From a virus, in IMG/VR virus record IMGVR_UViG_3300020030_000005, positions 1 to 6,136 of that record: a DNA stretch of 6,136 nt. The stretch is one strand, 5' to 3'. The notes below the pieces were generated by a model. It did no database searches. It was not told the DNA's origin and saw nothing but the letters and a program-made list of their open reading frames with translations. A program made the position numbers and the translations under genes. Below are positions 4,544 through 6,136 of this stretch, in pieces; positions within the stretch are counted from its first letter, which is position 1, and every line of letters begins with the position of its first letter.

Positions 4544-5806
4544 TCAATTCCTCCTAAAATAGCTGCGGCGAGTGTATGTAGCACCAATTTGATCTCCGGA
4601 AGGGCCGTAAACGTCGCGCATCTCTTCATAACCCTCGGGTCCTGCAGGACCTGCAGCCTTGCGGCCGACGTACGAGGCGCCGGCAATGCCGGCAGCGGCA
4701 GCAAAAGAACGAACGACGTCATGAGCGAGACGAAGTCGAGAATTGCGCAAATCCCAACGGACATTGCCTGTTTCGAGCTGAGCAGTCTCGGCGGCGGCAG
4801 TCTTCAGGATAGCCAGAGTCTCTGCCACCTTCATGATCTTCGTCTCAACAACTTCACCCTTCTCATTGCGTATCTGAACAGGGACGTCTTTTTCCCAGTT
4901 GAGCTCATACCACTTTTGTAAATCCTTGAGCTCCTGAGCATTAAGAGCCCTGCGAGAGTCAGATTCAGCCGCGGCGGCAACATTAGCAATCGCAGAACTC
5001 CAAGCAACAGCGAGGGCGGCGCCAGCTTGCGGGGCAAACCAATCGTTCGTCTGACGAAGGTAGTTGTATTTTTCCTCCAAAATTCCTGTCATGGCCATAA
5101 TAGAGGAGAGCTTGTAACCTTGCGAAATATCAGCCAAATAGGCCTCGATAGACATAATTTGAGCTTGCGCTTCATGCAATCTTGCAATTTCACTTGCATC
5201 CTTAACGTTATGTCGGGCAATCTGCAATTCGAGATCATCCATCTGCGCTCGCCACTCTTGCGTATGAGTATTACCTCGAAGATTAGCAGCTTCTGCATTA
5301 TCTCGATTAGCAGCGGCAGAATTACGATCAACCGTAGAGCGAGCGATCATATTCTGTGCAACAGCCGTGGGATCACCAGGGGAAAAAACGCCAGCGCCAA
5401 CAGGCGAACCGCCTGAAGGACCGGAGGCGGAAGGCATAGACGCAGAACCTCCAGACATGGTAGCATTTACGCCAACGCCAGAAGAGCCTAAGACTGCAGC
5501 AGGTGTAACACCGGCCTTCAAATAGCGATCGAAAACCTTCGTAGGGTCATTATACGCGTTCTCGTAATCGAACTGCTTCTGCCAATTAGCATAGGAAAGC
5601 TCAGATTGTTTTTGCATTTGCTCCAAAGCATACTGCTGTTGAAGCTTCATCTGTTTCTGCTGATATTTCCACTGGCGACGAGCGCTCATGCCGCCAAAAA
5701 GCTGGCCAAAGATGCCGTTAATAAGGCCTGTAGTTCCAGTAGAGGCAGCGGATTCGCCAAGAGCGCGACCAAAAGAACTCGAGGCAGCAGCAATAGGAGT
5801 AGGCAT
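4544..5806 (-). CDS. VP2: DNA pilot / minor capsid protein (VP2, phiX H-like)
   Basis: 420 aa. The N-terminus is Ala/Gly-rich with a glycine zipper, GLINGIFGQLFGG (nt 5690-5728). A Gln/Lys-rich helical segment follows (QWKYQQKQMKLQQQYALEQMQKQ), then the YLKAGVTPAAVLG motif typical of microvirus VP2, then a Gly/Ser-rich linker (nt 5375-5488) and long Ala-rich helical regions. Size and position relative to VP1 and VP4 fit VP2. Confidence 0.85.
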   Translation of the reverse strand: MPTPIAAASSSFGRALGESAASTGTTGLINGIFGQLFGGMSARRQWKYQQKQMKLQQQYALEQMQKQSELSYANWQKQFDYENAYNDPTKVFDRYLKAGVTPAAVLGSSGVGVNATMSGGSASMPSASGPSGGSPVGAGVFSPGDPTAVAQNMIARSTVDRNSAAANRDNAEAANLRGNTHTQEWRAQMDDLELQIARHNVKDASEIARLHEAQAQIMSIEAYLADISQGYKLSSIMAMTGILEEKYNYLRQTNDWFAPQAGAALAVAWSSAIANVAAAAESDSRRALNAQELKDLQKWYELNWEKDVPVQIRNEKGEVVETKIMKVAETLAILKTAAAETAQLETGNVRWDLRNSRLRLAHDVVRSFAAAAGIAGASYVGRKAAGPAGPEGYEEMRDVYGPSGDQIGATYTRRSYFRRN

Positions 5807-5807
5807 A

Positions 5808-5999
5808 CTACAAGTGAGTTAATTTGTTAGAACGAATAATGTAATCAACGCGAACAGTGTCGATATGAACGCCGCTACGCTGCATCCTAGCTTGAGCGGA
5901 ACATGAGGCAAGAAAAAAAGTAGCCAATGCAGCAATAATAGACGAAACGAGTGTCCAAAAAGCCTTTGATTTATAGAACGGTTGTTTAACGTCTGACAT
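5808..5999 (-). CDS. Small predicted lipoprotein (63-aa precursor, 31-aa mature form)
   Basis: ATG at 5999-5997. It has a Lys-containing n-region (KQPFYKSK) and a hydrophobic h-region (AFWTLVSSIIAALATFF). A canonical lipobox L-A-S-C places Cys33 at nt 5903-5901. The stop TAG (5810-5808) is 1 nt from the VP2 ATG. Confidence 0.7.
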   Translation of the reverse strand: MSDVKQPFYKSKAFWTLVSSIIAALATFFLASCSAQARMQRSGVHIDTVRVDYIIRSNKLTHL

Positions 6000-6011
6000 G
6001 ATAGTAAAAAT

Positions 6012-6136
6012 TTAAGGGAAGCTACGGTGCCGCACCCTCACTTCGTTCGGGGCGGTTCTCCGAACCGCGAAATGCGTCACCTCGCCACAATGGTGTAAAC
6101 AATTGAATAAAGAACGATAGAAAAATGCGCGACCTC
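6012..6136 (-). CDS. 3' part of the same 64-aa Arg-rich ORF as it appears at the right end of the window. Bases 6040-6136 duplicate 1-97, and the unique part is 6012-6039.
   Basis: The same reading frame is open from the window edge down to TAA at 6014-6012. The C-terminal residues ...NEVRVRHRSFP were read directly. Confidence 0.5.
   Translation of the reverse strand, partial: GRAFFYRSLFNCLHHCGEVTHFAVRRTAPNEVRVRHRSFP
6040..6136. repeat. Right copy of the 97-nt terminal direct repeat (duplicate of 1..97)
   Basis: Exact identity to 1-97 read directly from the sequence. It is not an independent locus. Confidence 0.95.

Noticed and set aside
4465-4764. Using 4764 as the annotated start of the 4144-4764 ORF (206 aa)
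   Set aside because: This start would overlap VP2 by 221 nt and read through a spacer containing a promoter-like box. The internal ATG at 4464 gives a compact non-overlapping gene. The extension is kept only as a speculative item in the +1-frame finding.
6011-6019. TAAATTTT upstream of the lipoprotein ATG as a -7 box
   Set aside because: It lacks the terminal G of TAnnTTTG and has no upstream TTTG. It also overlaps the stop codon of the 64-aa ORF, so it is more simply an A/T-rich translation-initiation context.
1-6136. Looked for tRNA genes, CRISPR repeats, an integrase or transposase, XerCD dif-like sites and a reverse transcriptase
   Set aside because: None is recognisable by eye. The only long exact repeat is the terminal assembly overlap.

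Overview
The window is one complete, circularly permuted Microviridae-type ssDNA phage genome. Its architecture is gokushovirus/alpavirus-like, not phiX-like. Bases 1-97 repeat exactly at 6040-6136, so the unit genome is a 6039-nt circle and the window ends are an assembly overlap. All credible genes lie on the minus strand, so the given + strand is antisense to the coding strand. Three hallmark genes are recognisable by eye. The major capsid protein VP1 is at 499-2289. The HUH rolling-circle replication initiator VP4 is at 2293-3363. The DNA pilot / minor capsid protein VP2 is at 4544-5806. Around them sit small uncharacterised genes packed with gaps of 12 nt or less, or overlapping start/stop codons. 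These are a 66-aa ORF coupled to VP4 by a TAATG overlap, an acidic 98-aa ORF after VP1, a 63-aa predicted lipoprotein 1 nt upstream of VP2, and two proteins of 106 and 107 aa in the slot where gokushoviruses carry VP3. I also found a 64-aa Arg-rich ORF absent from the supplied ORF track because it crosses the circularisation junction (167->1 then 6039->6012). With it, only two real intergenic regions remain. One is a 79-nt spacer carrying an exact TAnnTTTG box. The other is a 245-nt GC-rich region holding an intrinsic terminator and a cluster of hairpins, including a three-way junction. No tRNA, CRISPR array, integrase or transposase is visible. All functional calls outside VP1, VP4 and VP2 are inference from sequence features only.
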